DNA from: Hymenobacteraceae bacterium
GTDB taxonomy: Bacteria > Bacteroidota > Bacteroidia > Cytophagales > Hymenobacteraceae
Length of the DNA stretch: 64,000 nt
Direction: 5' to 3'
Assembly: GCA_031426455.1 (NCBI GenBank)
Contig: JANPLI010000211.1
Coordinates: 3,153-67,152, forward strand
A program made the position numbers and the translations under genes. The notes beneath the pieces were generated by a model. That model made no database searches. It was not told the origin of the DNA and saw only the letters and a list, made by a program, of their open reading frames with translations. How positions within the stretch are numbered: the stretch's first letter is position 1; the number at the start of each line of letters is the position of its first letter. Below are positions 37,567-49,098 of this stretch, one piece after another.

Positions 37567-40500
37567 CTACTGCTTCACGAAGCGCCGCGTGGCCGTGCCG
37601 ACGCGCACCGTGTACACACCGGCCGGCAGCGCCCCGACGCGCACCACCACCGGAGCACCGGCCGTGGGCCGCGCCACCGTCAGCACGGCGCGGCCGAGGC
37701 CGTCGAATACGGTAACCGTTTCACCGGGCGCGTCGCCGCTGATCGTGAGCTGGTCGGTGGCTGGGTTGGGCCACAGCATCAGGGTGTTGGCCGGGGCGTC
37801 CGCGATCAGGCCAGTCACGATTTCGATGTCATCCAGCGAACGGGGGATGATCTGATAGCCCGAATCGAAGGGCGCGGCGTTGTCGAACTGGCCGCCGATG
37901 CCGACCAGATTGAACGGCTGCGTCGGCGCAGGCGAGCCGTACACATTGGTGCCCCGCACGATGCGTAGGGCGTAGGTAGCGGTACCGTTGGTGATATCGA
38001 CGGTGAAGCCGGACCCCGCGTTGGTCCACTGCGTGGGGTCCACTACCGTGAACGGACCGCCCGTCAGGCGCGTGAGCAGCGACTCGCTCACTTCATCCAG
38101 CGTGGGCGTGGGCCGCGGCGCGGGCAGACGCTGGGCCACGGCGCGCGTCCGGAACGAGTCGATCACGATCTGGGTCAGGCCGTTGAACTGGCCCACGATG
38201 CCGATGACTTCCAGCGAATCGCCCTGCGCAATGGTCTGGGTGCTGAGCGCCGCTGACCGGAACAGGCCAATGCCCTGGCCCGCGTCCTGGAGCGAGGTCT
38301 GATACCCCGTCGTACGGATGTTCGGCCCCGTCACGATGCCGCGCACCCGCACGGCCTGGCCATTGAGCAAGGGTACGCCGTTGGCATCGTTGACGGTCAC
38401 GGCCGCGATGGTGGTGAGCGGCGGCGTCAACGGGCCGGGGCCGGTGTCGTTGTCAGTGATGGTGAGCGTAAACGTGACGGTCGTGCCCAGTACGGCGCCG
38501 CCGGTGGGCGGCATAAGCATCAAGGTCACGGTTTCGGCCGGCTCCTGCTGCGTATCGTCGATGATGGTCAGCGCGGCGTTTTGGGTGGTGGTGCCGGGCG
38601 CGAAGGTCAGCGTCTGGGGGGCGAAGGTGTAGTCGGTGCCGGCCGTAGCGGTGCCGCCGGTCCCCATCACTTCCACCGTCACGGCGTTGGGGCCGGGGTT
38701 GGTCAGCGTCACCGGAATCTGCACGGTGCCAGCATTTTCGGCGACGGTCTGGGCCGCGCCGGCAAACTGCACCCGGCTGGTGTCGTTGTCCTGAATGGTG
38801 AGCGTGAAGCGTTCCGCCGTACCGGTCAGCGCCAGGAGTACGGTTTCGGGGCCTTCCACAGCGGCGTCATCCAGCAGCGCGAGCGTGGCTACCTGCGCCG
38901 TGGTATCCCCGATAGGGAAGACCAGCGTCTGGGGTGCGAACGTGTAGTCGGTGCCGGCCGTGGCCGTGCCGGGCGGGGTGTCGAGCGTCAGTTGGACGCT
39001 GACGGCGGCCGTATCGACGGGGGCCGTCAGCCCGACGGGAATGGAGACGGTACCCGCGCTTTCGGTCACCGTCCGGGCCGTCTGCCGGAAGCGGATGCGG
39101 GCGGTATCGTTGTCCAGGATGCGGAGCGTGTAGCTGCTCAGCAGGCCCACCTGCGCGCCCGCCGAGGCGCTGTCGAGGAGCAGGACGATGGTTTCGGTGC
39201 GCTCCACGCGGTTGTCGTCGAGCAGCGTCAGGACCGCGTTCTGGGTGGTGGCGGCGCCCGCCGGGAAGGTCAGCGTCTGCGCGGCAAAGGTGTAGTCGAG
39301 GCCCGCCGTGGCCGTGCCGGGCGCTCCGGCCCGCTTCACGCGCACGGTGAAAGGCTGCGTCAGGCTGGGGTTGACGATCGTCACCGGCACGTTCAGCGTA
39401 ACGGCGCCTTCGGTGACGGTGCGACTGGCTGCGCCGAACGCCAGGTTGGCGATCAGCGTCGTGTCGTTGTCCTGAATGGTGAAGCCCACCGAACCGGCGC
39501 TGACGACGGCCCCCGTGCTGGCGCTGTCGAGGAGCAGCAGCACGGTTTCGTCCGGCTCGTCGGTGGCGTCGTCCAGCACGGTCAGCGTGGCGAACTGACG
39601 GGCGGTATCGCCCGCCGCGAAGGTCAGCGTCTGCCGGGTAAAGGTGTAGTCGGCGCCGGGCGTGGCGGTGCCGGCGGGTGTGGCCAGACGCACCGTCGCC
39701 TGGGTAGCCTGGGTGGCGCTCGCGTTGCGCAGGGTCACTGGAATCCGGACCGTGCCGGCGCTTTCGGCTACCCGGGCGGGCACCGGTCCGAAGGCCAGCA
39801 CCGGGATGGGCACAATGGTGGTGTCGTTGTCGCGGATGCTGAGCGTGAACCCGTTCAGCCGAAGCATGACGCCTGTCGAGGGGTTACGCAGCGTCAGGAC
39901 GACGGTCTCGGTGTTTTCGTCCACCACGTCGTCCACCACCGTCAGCGCCACTTGCTGGGTGGCCGTGTCGCCGGGCGCGAAGGTGAGCGTCCGGGCAGCG
40001 AAGGTGTAGTCGGTGCCCGCCGTGGCGGTGCCGGAAACCGCGGCCAGGGCCACTTCCACGACGGTGGCAAGCGTCGGGCTGGGGTTGCGTAGCCGTACCG
40101 GCACCTGAATGGTACCGGCGCTTTCGGCCACCGAGCGGGCCACGCTCCCGAAGCCGACGCGGATGGTGTCGTTGTCGGTGATATTGAGCGTGAAGGCCGG
40201 GCCGTCCAGACGGGCGCCCGTGCTGGCGCCGCTCAGTTGCAGACGTACGGTTTCGGGGCCTTCCGTCAGCACGTCCTCCAGCACCACGAGCGTAGCGGTG
40301 CGGGTCGTGGTGTCGCCGGCGGGGAAGGTGAGGGTCTGGGCGGCAAACGTGTAGTCGGCGCCGGTCGTGGCCGTGCCCGTTGGTGTGGCGAGGGCCACCG
40401 TCACGGTCGTGGGCTGCGTCGCGCTGGGGTTGCGCAGCCGCACCGGCACCAGAACGGTGCCCGCGTTTTCGGCCACGGTGCGGGCCACGGCACCGAAGCG

Positions 40501-42792
40501 GAGCGTGGTGGTGTCGTTATCGGTGAGGTTGAGCGTGAAGGCCGTGCCGTCGAGGCGGGCGCCCGCGCTGGCGCCGCTCAGTTGGAGGCGCACGGTTTCG
40601 GGGCCTTCCATTAGCACGTCCTCCAACACTACAAGCGTAGCGGTGCGGGTCGTGGTGTCGCCGGCGGGGAAGGTGAGGGTTTGGGCGGCAAAGGTGTAGT
40701 CGGCGCCGGCCGTGGCCGTGCCCGCTGGCGTGGCGAGGGCCACCGTCACGGTCGTAGGCTGCGTCGCGCTGGGGTTGCGCAGCCGCACCGGCACCAGAAC
40801 GGAACCCGCGTTTTCGGCCACGGTGCGGGCTACCGTGCCGAAGCGGAGCGTAGTGGTGTCGTTAGCGAGGATATCGAGAACGAACGTCGTGGTGTCAGCG
40901 GTGCCGCCGGTCACGTTGGTTAGCGTCAGGCGCACGGTTTCAGCGGGTTCGGCGAAAAAGTCGTTCAGCACCGTGAGTGTGGCGTTTTGCGCCGACGCAG
41001 ACCCCGCGGGGAAGGTCAGCGTCTGGGTCGCGAACGTGTAGTCGGCGCCCGCCGTGGCCGTGCCGGGGCGCGTGGCCAGCGTCACCTGCACGGTGGTGGC
41101 CGTGGTGGTGCTGGGGTTGGTGATGCTGACGGGCACCTGAATCGTGCCCGCGGTTTCGGCCACGGTGCGGGTGACGGGACTGAATTGCACAGCCGGCACA
41201 GGCACGCCGACGAGCTGAATATCGGCCAGCGAGCGGGGCAGAATCTGGTAGTCGCCCAGCAGGGGGGTGGTCACGTCGAACTGCCCACCGGTACCCACCA
41301 GCCGGAAGGGCAACGTGGGCGGCGCGGTGCCGAAAAGGTTGGTATTATTCACGATCCGCATCGCGTAAGTGCGGGTGCCGTCCGTCACATCGACGTTGAA
41401 ACCCGACCCGGTATTCGTCCACTGCGTGGCGTCCACCAGCGTCAGCGGACCGTTGATCTGCACCAACTCCGACTCCGTGGTTTCGTCCAGCACGGTCACC
41501 ACGCGGGGCGTCACCAGGGGCTGATTCTGCGCCAGTAGCAGAAACGTGTCGGGGATGATTTCGGTCAGCCCCCGGAAGTGCGTCATCAGGCCGGAGACCT
41601 CCACAGAATCGCCCAGGGTCAGCTCCTGGCCGTTGTTGATGAATCGGGTCTTGAAGACCGTCACGCCGCCGGTACGGTCCACCAGCACCAGGTTATAGCC
41701 GGCGGTGCGGGTGTTGGGCGAGGTCACGGTGCCGCGCAGCCGCACGGTGGTATTCATCGAAGTGGGTACGCCCTGGGCGTCGTTCACGGTCACCGAAGCG
41801 ATAGTGCGCAGCGGCGGGCCGTCGTTGTCGTCGATGGTGATCGTCGTGGCGGCTGGCGACCCCAGCAGCGCGCCCGTGGACGGGTTGCGCAGCTCCAGCA
41901 CCACCGTCTCGAAGCCTTCGGACTGGTTGTCGTCCAGGATCGTGAGCGGCACGTTCTGCGGCGCGCTGCTGCCCGCCGGAAACGTCAGCGTCCGCGGCGT
42001 GAAGGTGTAGTCGGTGCCCGCCGTGGCAGTGCCGGGCGCGGTGGCCAGACCCACCAGCACGGTGGTGGCCGCGGTGGCGCTGGGATTGGTCAGGGTCACA
42101 GGCACCTGAATCAGGCCTGCGCTTTCGACCACCGTGCGGCTGGCCGTGCTGAAGCTGAGCGTCGGCACGATGGCGCCGCCCGTCAGGACGCGGCCCACGA
42201 GACGCACATCGTCGAGGCGCCAGGTGCCCGTGGTGGCTGCCGCGCCGTAGCCGTAAAAGCGGAACTCCACGGTGCGCAACCCACTGAAAGTGGCGTTCAG
42301 TCCCAGCTTGGCGGGGCGGATATTAGTGTCGTTGGGTACCCGCACGGTGGTCAGCGCGGTCGCGTAGCTATTTACCGACGAGCGTACCTGGTACTTCCGG
42401 ATGCCTGCCCCGGAGCGCCGTTCGGTGAACGTCAGCGAGTCGAGGTTGAGCTGAAAGCCGCTCGCGGCCGTCACCCGGAAGGCGAAGTATTGCGCCGTGT
42501 CCAGGGCCACGGAATCCAGCGTAAAACCCGTGGCAGCGAAGCGGTTGGCCGAAGCCGAGGGCGTCACGCCGGTGCCGCGCCGCATCGGACTGAAAGTCGC
42601 GTTGGTGGGCTGGGCATCGACGGGAAACGTGACCTCATTCCCGGCCGCGCCGGTGAAGGTGTACGTGCCAATCACGCCCTGCGCACGGGCGGCGGGCGGT
42701 GGTGCCAGACTCAGCAGACCGACCATCAGCAGGCTGAGCAGCAGGAAGTTCCAGCGGGCAATAAAAGTGGGCGAAGGGTTAATATTCCGCAT
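37567..42792 (-). CDS. Giant Calx-beta repeat protein (1741 aa) with two OB/nuclease-associated-like modules and a T9SS C-terminal sorting domain
   Basis: ATG at 42792 (MRNINPSPTFIARWNFLLLSLLMVGLLSLAPPPAARAQ). About 13 Calx-beta units (…TATAGxDYTFxxQTLTFxxGxxxxQxxxLxxLDDxxxExxET…). C-terminus LWPNPATDQLTISGD...VFDGLGRAV...LPAGVYTVRV. Confidence 0.9.
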   Translation of the reverse strand: MRNINPSPTFIARWNFLLLSLLMVGLLSLAPPPAARAQGVIGTYTFTGAAGNEVTFPVDAQPTNATFSPMRRGTGVTPSASANRFAATGFTLDSVALDTAQYFAFRVTAASGFQLNLDSLTFTERRSGAGIRKYQVRSSVNSYATALTTVRVPNDTNIRPAKLGLNATFSGLRTVEFRFYGYGAAATTGTWRLDDVRLVGRVLTGGAIVPTLSFSTASRTVVESAGLIQVPVTLTNPSATAATTVLVGLATAPGTATAGTDYTFTPRTLTFPAGSSAPQNVPLTILDDNQSEGFETVVLELRNPSTGALLGSPAATTITIDDNDGPPLRTIASVTVNDAQGVPTSMNTTVRLRGTVTSPNTRTAGYNLVLVDRTGGVTVFKTRFINNGQELTLGDSVEVSGLMTHFRGLTEIIPDTFLLLAQNQPLVTPRVVTVLDETTESELVQINGPLTLVDATQWTNTGSGFNVDVTDGTRTYAMRIVNNTNLFGTAPPTLPFRLVGTGGQFDVTTPLLGDYQILPRSLADIQLVGVPVPAVQFSPVTRTVAETAGTIQVPVSITNPSTTTATTVQVTLATRPGTATAGADYTFATQTLTFPAGSASAQNATLTVLNDFFAEPAETVRLTLTNVTGGTADTTTFVLDILANDTTTLRFGTVARTVAENAGSVLVPVRLRNPSATQPTTVTVALATPAGTATAGADYTFAAQTLTFPAGDTTTRTATLVVLEDVLMEGPETVRLQLSGASAGARLDGTAFTLNLTDNDTTTLRFGAVARTVAENAGTVLVPVRLRNPSATQPTTVTVALATPTGTATTGADYTFAAQTLTFPAGDTTTRTATLVVLEDVLTEGPETVRLQLSGASTGARLDGPAFTLNITDNDTIRVGFGSVARSVAESAGTIQVPVRLRNPSPTLATVVEVALAAVSGTATAGTDYTFAARTLTFAPGDTATQQVALTVVDDVVDENTETVVLTLRNPSTGVMLRLNGFTLSIRDNDTTIVPIPVLAFGPVPARVAESAGTVRIPVTLRNASATQATQATVRLATPAGTATPGADYTFTRQTLTFAAGDTARQFATLTVLDDATDEPDETVLLLLDSASTGAVVSAGSVGFTIQDNDTTLIANLAFGAASRTVTEGAVTLNVPVTIVNPSLTQPFTVRVKRAGAPGTATAGLDYTFAAQTLTFPAGAATTQNAVLTLLDDNRVERTETIVLLLDSASAGAQVGLLSSYTLRILDNDTARIRFRQTARTVTESAGTVSIPVGLTAPVDTAAVSVQLTLDTPPGTATAGTDYTFAPQTLVFPIGDTTAQVATLALLDDAAVEGPETVLLALTGTAERFTLTIQDNDTSRVQFAGAAQTVAENAGTVQIPVTLTNPGPNAVTVEVMGTGGTATAGTDYTFAPQTLTFAPGTTTQNAALTIIDDTQQEPAETVTLMLMPPTGGAVLGTTVTFTLTITDNDTGPGPLTPPLTTIAAVTVNDANGVPLLNGQAVRVRGIVTGPNIRTTGYQTSLQDAGQGIGLFRSAALSTQTIAQGDSLEVIGIVGQFNGLTQIVIDSFRTRAVAQRLPAPRPTPTLDEVSESLLTRLTGGPFTVVDPTQWTNAGSGFTVDITNGTATYALRIVRGTNVYGSPAPTQPFNLVGIGGQFDNAAPFDSGYQIIPRSLDDIEIVTGLIADAPANTLMLWPNPATDQLTISGDAPGETVTVFDGLGRAVLTVARPTAGAPVVVRVGALPAGVYTVRVGTATRRFVKQ

Positions 42793-43002
42793 CGGCAGGA
42801 GGGGAGGGGAGAAATGAAAACACAGGTGGCCGCGCCGAAGCGCTAGCCGGACAGCAAAGATGCCGCCGGGGGCCAACTGGTGCGGCGACGGCGGTGGTAA
42901 TCAAAAGAAAACATTGGCGTCGAAGCCGCCAGGGCGGCGGTGGGGCAGCGGAAAAAAATCGTCAAAAAAACGCCGAACCCTTGCGCGGATGGTTGCCGCC
43001 CG

Positions 43003-43010
43003 TACCTTTG
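43003..43010 (+). promoter_or_regulatory. Candidate -7 promoter box (TACCTTTG = TAnnTTTG) upstream of the riboswitch
   Basis: Motif match about 55 nt upstream of the SAM-I aptamer. Confidence 0.3.
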
Positions 43011-43064
43011 CCCCCGCCAACCCCCATTTCCTCTGCTGACGGCAGGGCGCGGGGCAGGCAGGTT

Positions 43065-43177
43065 TTTTATACAGAAGCGGCGAGAGAACAGGCTCCCTGA
43101 CCCGCTGGCAACCTCCTCCCCGGAAAGGTGCCACATCCTGCCCGCCTCGGCTTCGGCCCGGTGCGGGAGAGATAATG
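43065..43177 (+). promoter_or_regulatory. SAM-I (S-box) riboswitch aptamer
   Basis: TTATACAGAAGCGGCGAGAGAACAGGCTCCCTGACCCGCTGGCAACC...AAAGGTGCCACATCC..CCCGC..GCGGGAGAGATAA. Compare consensus TTATCAAGAG.GG.GGAGGGA..GGCCC..GA..CC.GGCAACC...GGTGCCAATTCC...AGATAAG. P1-P4 pairings can be drawn. It lies upstream of methionine biosynthesis genes. Confidence 0.7.
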
Positions 43178-43350
43178 CTTGCGCTATGGCTGCTTTTCTG
43201 CTGACCGGTTTTCTGTTGCCCACCTCCCCGGCCCCCGTCTCCGCTGACGGCGCCCGTGCGGTGGGTTTTTGCGTTTTGGCCGCGCCTGAATATGCCGCTG
43301 CCACGGTCCGAATGCGGGGCTGTCGTCGCACCTGTTGTTGCTGTTGCTAG

Positions 43351-45063
<1,713 letters not shown>

Positions 45064-45093
45064 GCCGAACGCGCGCCCCTGCCTGGTTTCTGT

Positions 45094-45128
45094 CCAGCTC
45101 CCCCTCCCGCTTTGGGGCGGGGGAGCTG
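45094..45128 (+). other. GC-rich stem-loop between metY and metX (no U-tract)
   Basis: ccagctccccctcccgc tttg gggcgggggagctg. Confidence 0.4.
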
Positions 45129-45157
45129 TGGGCGAGCGTACCAAATATCACCTCCCA

Positions 45158-46240
45158 ATGCCCTCCCCTCATTTCTTCACCCTTCCGCATCCCCTGCCGC
45201 TGGAGCGCGGCGGCGCGCTGGCGTCCGTCCGGGTAGCCTACCACACGTTGGGCACCCTCAATGCCGCGCGCGACAACGTGGTCTGGGTCTGCCACGCTCT
45301 GACGGCCAATTCCGACGTGGCCGCGTGGTGGCCCGGCTTCTTCGGCCCCGGCGAGTTGTACGACCCCGCCCGGTGGTTTGTGGTCTGTGCGAATATTTTA
45401 GGTTCCTGCTACGGCACCACCGGGCCGGTGCCAGACGGGGACGTCGATGTCGCTGGAACTGACCCCGTGCCGCGCTACCACCAGTTTCCGCGCCTCACCA
45501 TCCGCGACCAGGTGGCCGCGCACCGCCAACTGCGCGCGCACCTGGGCCTGACGCAGATCCATACCCTGATCGGCGGCTCACTGGGCGGAATGCAGGCCCT
45601 GGAATGGGCCATCGCGCAGCCCCGGACGTTCCGCCACCTGGTGCTGATTGCCACCAGCGCGCGGCATTCGGCGTGGGGCATTGCCTTCAACGAGGCGCAG
45701 CGGCTCGCCATTGAGGCCGACCCGACTTACCACGCCGCCGCCGATCCCAGTGGCGGACAGGCCGGGCTGCGGGCCGCCCGGGCGACGGCGCTGCTGAGCT
45801 ACCGCTCGCACGAGGCGTACGGCCGGGCCCAGACCGAACCGCCCGGTCGGCTGGGGCTGGACGATGGTCCACTGCCGCCGGTATTCCGGGCCAGTTCGTA
45901 CCAGCGCCACCAGGGCGATAAGCTGGTGGCCCGCTTCAACGCTTACGCCTACGTAACCCTCAGTCACGCAATGGATTCGCACCACGTCGGTCGGGGGCGT
46001 GGGGGCGTAGCCGCCGCCCTGGCCGGTATCCGCGCCCGGACGCTGGTGCTCGGTATTCCGTCGGATGTCCTGTTTCCGCTGACCGAACAGCAGGAGTTGG
46101 CCCGCCTGATTCCGGGGGCCACCTTCGCCGAATTACCCTCGGTTTATGGCCACGACGGCTTTTTGCTCGAAACTCCGCGCCTGACGCGGCTCATCTCCCA
46201 ATTTTATGTCCTCGCTCCGCAGCTTTCTGCCCTCAACTGA
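45158..46240 (+). CDS. metX: Homoserine O-acetyltransferase
   Basis: ATG at 45158. NVVWVCHALTANSD, IGGSLGGMQALEW (nucleophile elbow) and YGHDGFLLE. Confidence 0.9.
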   Translation: MPSPHFFTLPHPLPLERGGALASVRVAYHTLGTLNAARDNVVWVCHALTANSDVAAWWPGFFGPGELYDPARWFVVCANILGSCYGTTGPVPDGDVDVAGTDPVPRYHQFPRLTIRDQVAAHRQLRAHLGLTQIHTLIGGSLGGMQALEWAIAQPRTFRHLVLIATSARHSAWGIAFNEAQRLAIEADPTYHAAADPSGGQAGLRAARATALLSYRSHEAYGRAQTEPPGRLGLDDGPLPPVFRASSYQRHQGDKLVARFNAYAYVTLSHAMDSHHVGRGRGGVAAALAGIRARTLVLGIPSDVLFPLTEQQELARLIPGATFAELPSVYGHDGFLLETPRLTRLISQFYVLAPQLSALN

Positions 46241-47507
46241 AGCCGGGCCTGACCTCGTCGCCGAACCGTTGCGGGTGGGCCTGATCGGCTTCGGCTGCGT
46301 GGGTCAGGGCCTGTACGATCTGCTGGCTCGCCTGCCCGCGCCCGCTTTCACGGTAGCGCGGATTGCCGTCAAGAATCCGCACAAAACCCGCTCGCTGCCG
46401 CCCGAACATTTCGAGTATCAGGCCGATGCGCTGATTGCCGACGACTCGCTGGACCTACTGGTCGAAGTCATCGACGACCCCGTCGAGGCCTTTCGCCTGG
46501 TGCGCGCCGCGCTGCGGCGGGGGCGCCGTGTCGTGACGGCCAACAAGGCGATGGTAGCCCGCCACCTGCCCACGCTGCTGCGGTTGCAGGTCGAATTCGG
46601 CGGCACCCTGCTCTACGAAGCGGCCGTGTGCGGCGCCATTCCGGTGATCAGCCTGCTCGATACCTACTTCGGCGCCCAGCCGCTGACGGCCGTCAGCGGG
46701 ATCTTCAACGGCTCGTCGAATTATGTGCTGACGCAGATGCGGACCCAGGGCACCGCTTACGCCGGTGCGCTGGCCGAAGCGCAGGCGCGCGGCTTTGCCG
46801 AAACTGACCCCACCCTCGATATGGCCGCCTTCGACCCCCGCGCGAAGGCCGTCATCTTGGCCGCGCACGCTTTCGGCGTCGTGGCGGCGCCCGACGAAGT
46901 CCTCGCCCTCGGCATCGAACACATCGCGCCCCTCGATTTGCAGCGCGCCGCCCACACGGGCCACCGAATCAAGGTCGTCGCTCGCCTGCTGACGCTGCCC
47001 GACGGCGGCGTCAGCATCCTGGTCGTGCCGCAGTTGGTGGCGCCCGACTCTCCGCTTTTCGCCGTCGAAGAAGAATTCAACGCCGTCCTGATCGAAGGGC
47101 CGTTCGTGGGGCCACAGGCGCTGCGCGGGCGCGGGGCGGGCGGTTTTCCCACCGCCTCGGCCGTGCTGGCCGACCTCACGGCCCTGCGCACCGGCTTCCG
47201 CTACACCTACCCCAAGCTCGACCCCACGCAGCCGCTGGCTACCGATTTGGCGCTCGAAGTAGTCGTTCGCAGCCCGGCCGGTCAGCCGGCGCCCGCGCTG
47301 GCGTTCACGGGCAACGTCACGACGGAAACCGCCGAAAACCAGCGTTTTCAGACCGGCTACGTGCCTTATGCCGCTCTCCACGCCCAGCGCGACGCGTTGC
47401 GCGCGGCCGGCGTGTTCGTGGTCGGCACGGGGCAGGTGCAACTGTTGCCCGAAGCTGATGCGGCCCCGGACCGGAGCCGGGCCTTGCAGGCCGTGCGGTT
47501 TCGGTGA
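46206..47507 (+). CDS. hom: Homoserine dehydrogenase
   Basis: RVGLIGFGCVGQGLYDLL, NKAMVA and DPTLDMAAFDPRAKAVILA. The start is uncertain: 46206 overlaps metX by 35 nt, and a TTG near 46269 is an alternative. Confidence 0.8.
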   Translation: MSSLRSFLPSTEAGPDLVAEPLRVGLIGFGCVGQGLYDLLARLPAPAFTVARIAVKNPHKTRSLPPEHFEYQADALIADDSLDLLVEVIDDPVEAFRLVRAALRRGRRVVTANKAMVARHLPTLLRLQVEFGGTLLYEAAVCGAIPVISLLDTYFGAQPLTAVSGIFNGSSNYVLTQMRTQGTAYAGALAEAQARGFAETDPTLDMAAFDPRAKAVILAAHAFGVVAAPDEVLALGIEHIAPLDLQRAAHTGHRIKVVARLLTLPDGGVSILVVPQLVAPDSPLFAVEEEFNAVLIEGPFVGPQALRGRGAGGFPTASAVLADLTALRTGFRYTYPKLDPTQPLATDLALEVVVRSPAGQPAPALAFTGNVTTETAENQRFQTGYVPYAALHAQRDALRAAGVFVVGTGQVQLLPEADAAPDRSRALQAVRFR

Positions 47508-47540
47508 GGGGGGAACAGAGCCGTTCCGTTCTGAACGGGT

Positions 47541-47651
47541 GCGTTTGGCGTTGGGTGTCCGGTATTGGGTTTTAGGGGTTCAGCATGGCAAATGGGGCCG
47601 TCAGAAACCCAAAACCGAATGCCTAACACCCAAAACCCAACACCGAATACC
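47541..47651. terminator. Long imperfect hairpin (GTTGGGT/GGTATTGGG arms versus CCCAACACC arms) between convergent hom and ndh
   Basis: gcgtttggcgttgggtgtccggtattgggttttaggggttc ... gaaacccaaaaccgaatgcctaacacccaaaacccaacaccgaatacc. Shares unit motifs with 10225-10350. Confidence 0.55.
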
Positions 47652-47728
47652 TGAAACTTAACGGCTTTTGGGGGGAGCTGTCAGTGGTCGCGGTTGCCAC
47701 GACGTGAGAGTGGGTTTGGATGACAGTA

Positions 47729-49060
47729 TCAGACGATGGCTTTTTCCGCCCCTTCTTCTTCCGGTAGCCGTTGGCGCTTTTTGCCGATGATGTAGCGCAG
47801 GCCTTTGTCGCGGCTGAAATAGCTCCACGTCCAGTTCATCAGCACCGTGACGCGGTTGCGGAAGCCGATGAGCGAGGCCACGTGGACGAAGCCCCACGCC
47901 AGCCAGGCCAGCAACCCGCCCAGGTGCAGGTTGCGCCCCAGCAGGCGAATGTCGGCCACGGCGTGGTTGCGGCCGATGGTGGCCATTGACCCTTTATCGT
48001 CGTACCGGAACGGCTGCATTGGTTGCCCGGCCAGGGCGCGGCGCAGGTTGGCGCCCAGCAGCCGGCCCTGTTGCAGGGCGGGCTGGGCCACCATCGGGTG
48101 GCCGTCGGGGTAAGCGGCGGTGCGCATCGCCGCGATATCGCCGATGGCGAAGACGGTGTCGTAGCCCGCCACGCGGCTGAACTCGTTGACCAGGTAGCGG
48201 TTGCCGGCCAGCAGGCATTCCGGCACCAGCCCCCGGATGGGCGCGCCCGCCACACCGGCGGCCCAGATCAGGGTGCGGGTGACGAGCGTCTCGCCGGTGT
48301 TCAGGGTCACCGTGTAGCCGTCGTAGGACTGCACGCGGCGGTTCAGCCAAACCTGCACCTTGAAGCGGTTCAGGTAGTCGAGCGCTTTCTGCGAAGCTTC
48401 CGCCGACATGCCTTTCAGCAGCACGGGACCGCTCTGAATCAGGTGAATGTCCATTTCCTTAAAGTCCAACTCGCGGTAGTCGCGCGGGAAGACGTGGGCG
48501 CGCAGCTCGCTCAACGCCCCGGCGATTTCGACGCCCGTCGGCCCGCCGCCCACGATCACGAAGTCGAGCAGCGAGTTCATCTGCTCCCAGTCGCCGACCT
48601 GCAAGGCCTGTTCGAAGTTCGACAACACCGTATTACGCAGCTCGATGGCATCTTCGACGCTTTTGAGCGTAATGCCGTGGCGTTCAATTTGTTTGTTGCC
48701 CAAGTAGTTGGGTTCGGCGCCGGTAGCAATCACCAGGTAGTCGTAGCGCACCAGGCCGATGGTGGTTTCCACGACCTGCGCGCGGGTATCGATGGCAATG
48801 ACTTCGGCCAGCCGGAAGTAGAAGTTCTGCTGCCGGGCCAGAATCTTGCGAAATGGCGACACGATGGAGTCGGACTCCAGCCCGGCCGTCGCCAATTGGT
48901 AAAGTAGCGGCTGAAAGCAATGGTAGTTCTGCCGGTCGATCAGCACCACCTGCACCGGCGCCCCGGCCAGGGCTTTGGCCAGTTCCAGGCCCGCAAAACC
49001 ACCCCCGACGATGACGACGCGCGGCTGACCCAGGTCATCGAGTTTGGTAAGACCTTCCAT
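47729..49060 (-). CDS. ndh: Type II NADH:quinone oxidoreductase (NDH-2)
   Basis: Two Rossmann motifs, VVIVGGGFAGLELAKAL and FVIVGGGPTGVEIAGAL, plus a C-terminal membrane-anchoring segment. Confidence 0.85.
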   Translation of the reverse strand: MEGLTKLDDLGQPRVVIVGGGFAGLELAKALAGAPVQVVLIDRQNYHCFQPLLYQLATAGLESDSIVSPFRKILARQQNFYFRLAEVIAIDTRAQVVETTIGLVRYDYLVIATGAEPNYLGNKQIERHGITLKSVEDAIELRNTVLSNFEQALQVGDWEQMNSLLDFVIVGGGPTGVEIAGALSELRAHVFPRDYRELDFKEMDIHLIQSGPVLLKGMSAEASQKALDYLNRFKVQVWLNRRVQSYDGYTVTLNTGETLVTRTLIWAAGVAGAPIRGLVPECLLAGNRYLVNEFSRVAGYDTVFAIGDIAAMRTAAYPDGHPMVAQPALQQGRLLGANLRRALAGQPMQPFRYDDKGSMATIGRNHAVADIRLLGRNLHLGGLLAWLAWGFVHVASLIGFRNRVTVLMNWTWSYFSRDKGLRYIIGKKRQRLPEEEGAEKAIV

Positions 49061-49098
49061 AGCGTGTAAAGAACGGCAAAATCGCAGCGGGGCCTACT

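Noticed and set aside
42940-43350. 136-aa plus-strand ORF as a protein-coding gene
   Set aside because: It spans the SAM-I aptamer and has no protein-like features. Only its last 12-54 codons (the Cys-run mini-ORF) are kept, as a regulatory hypothesis.
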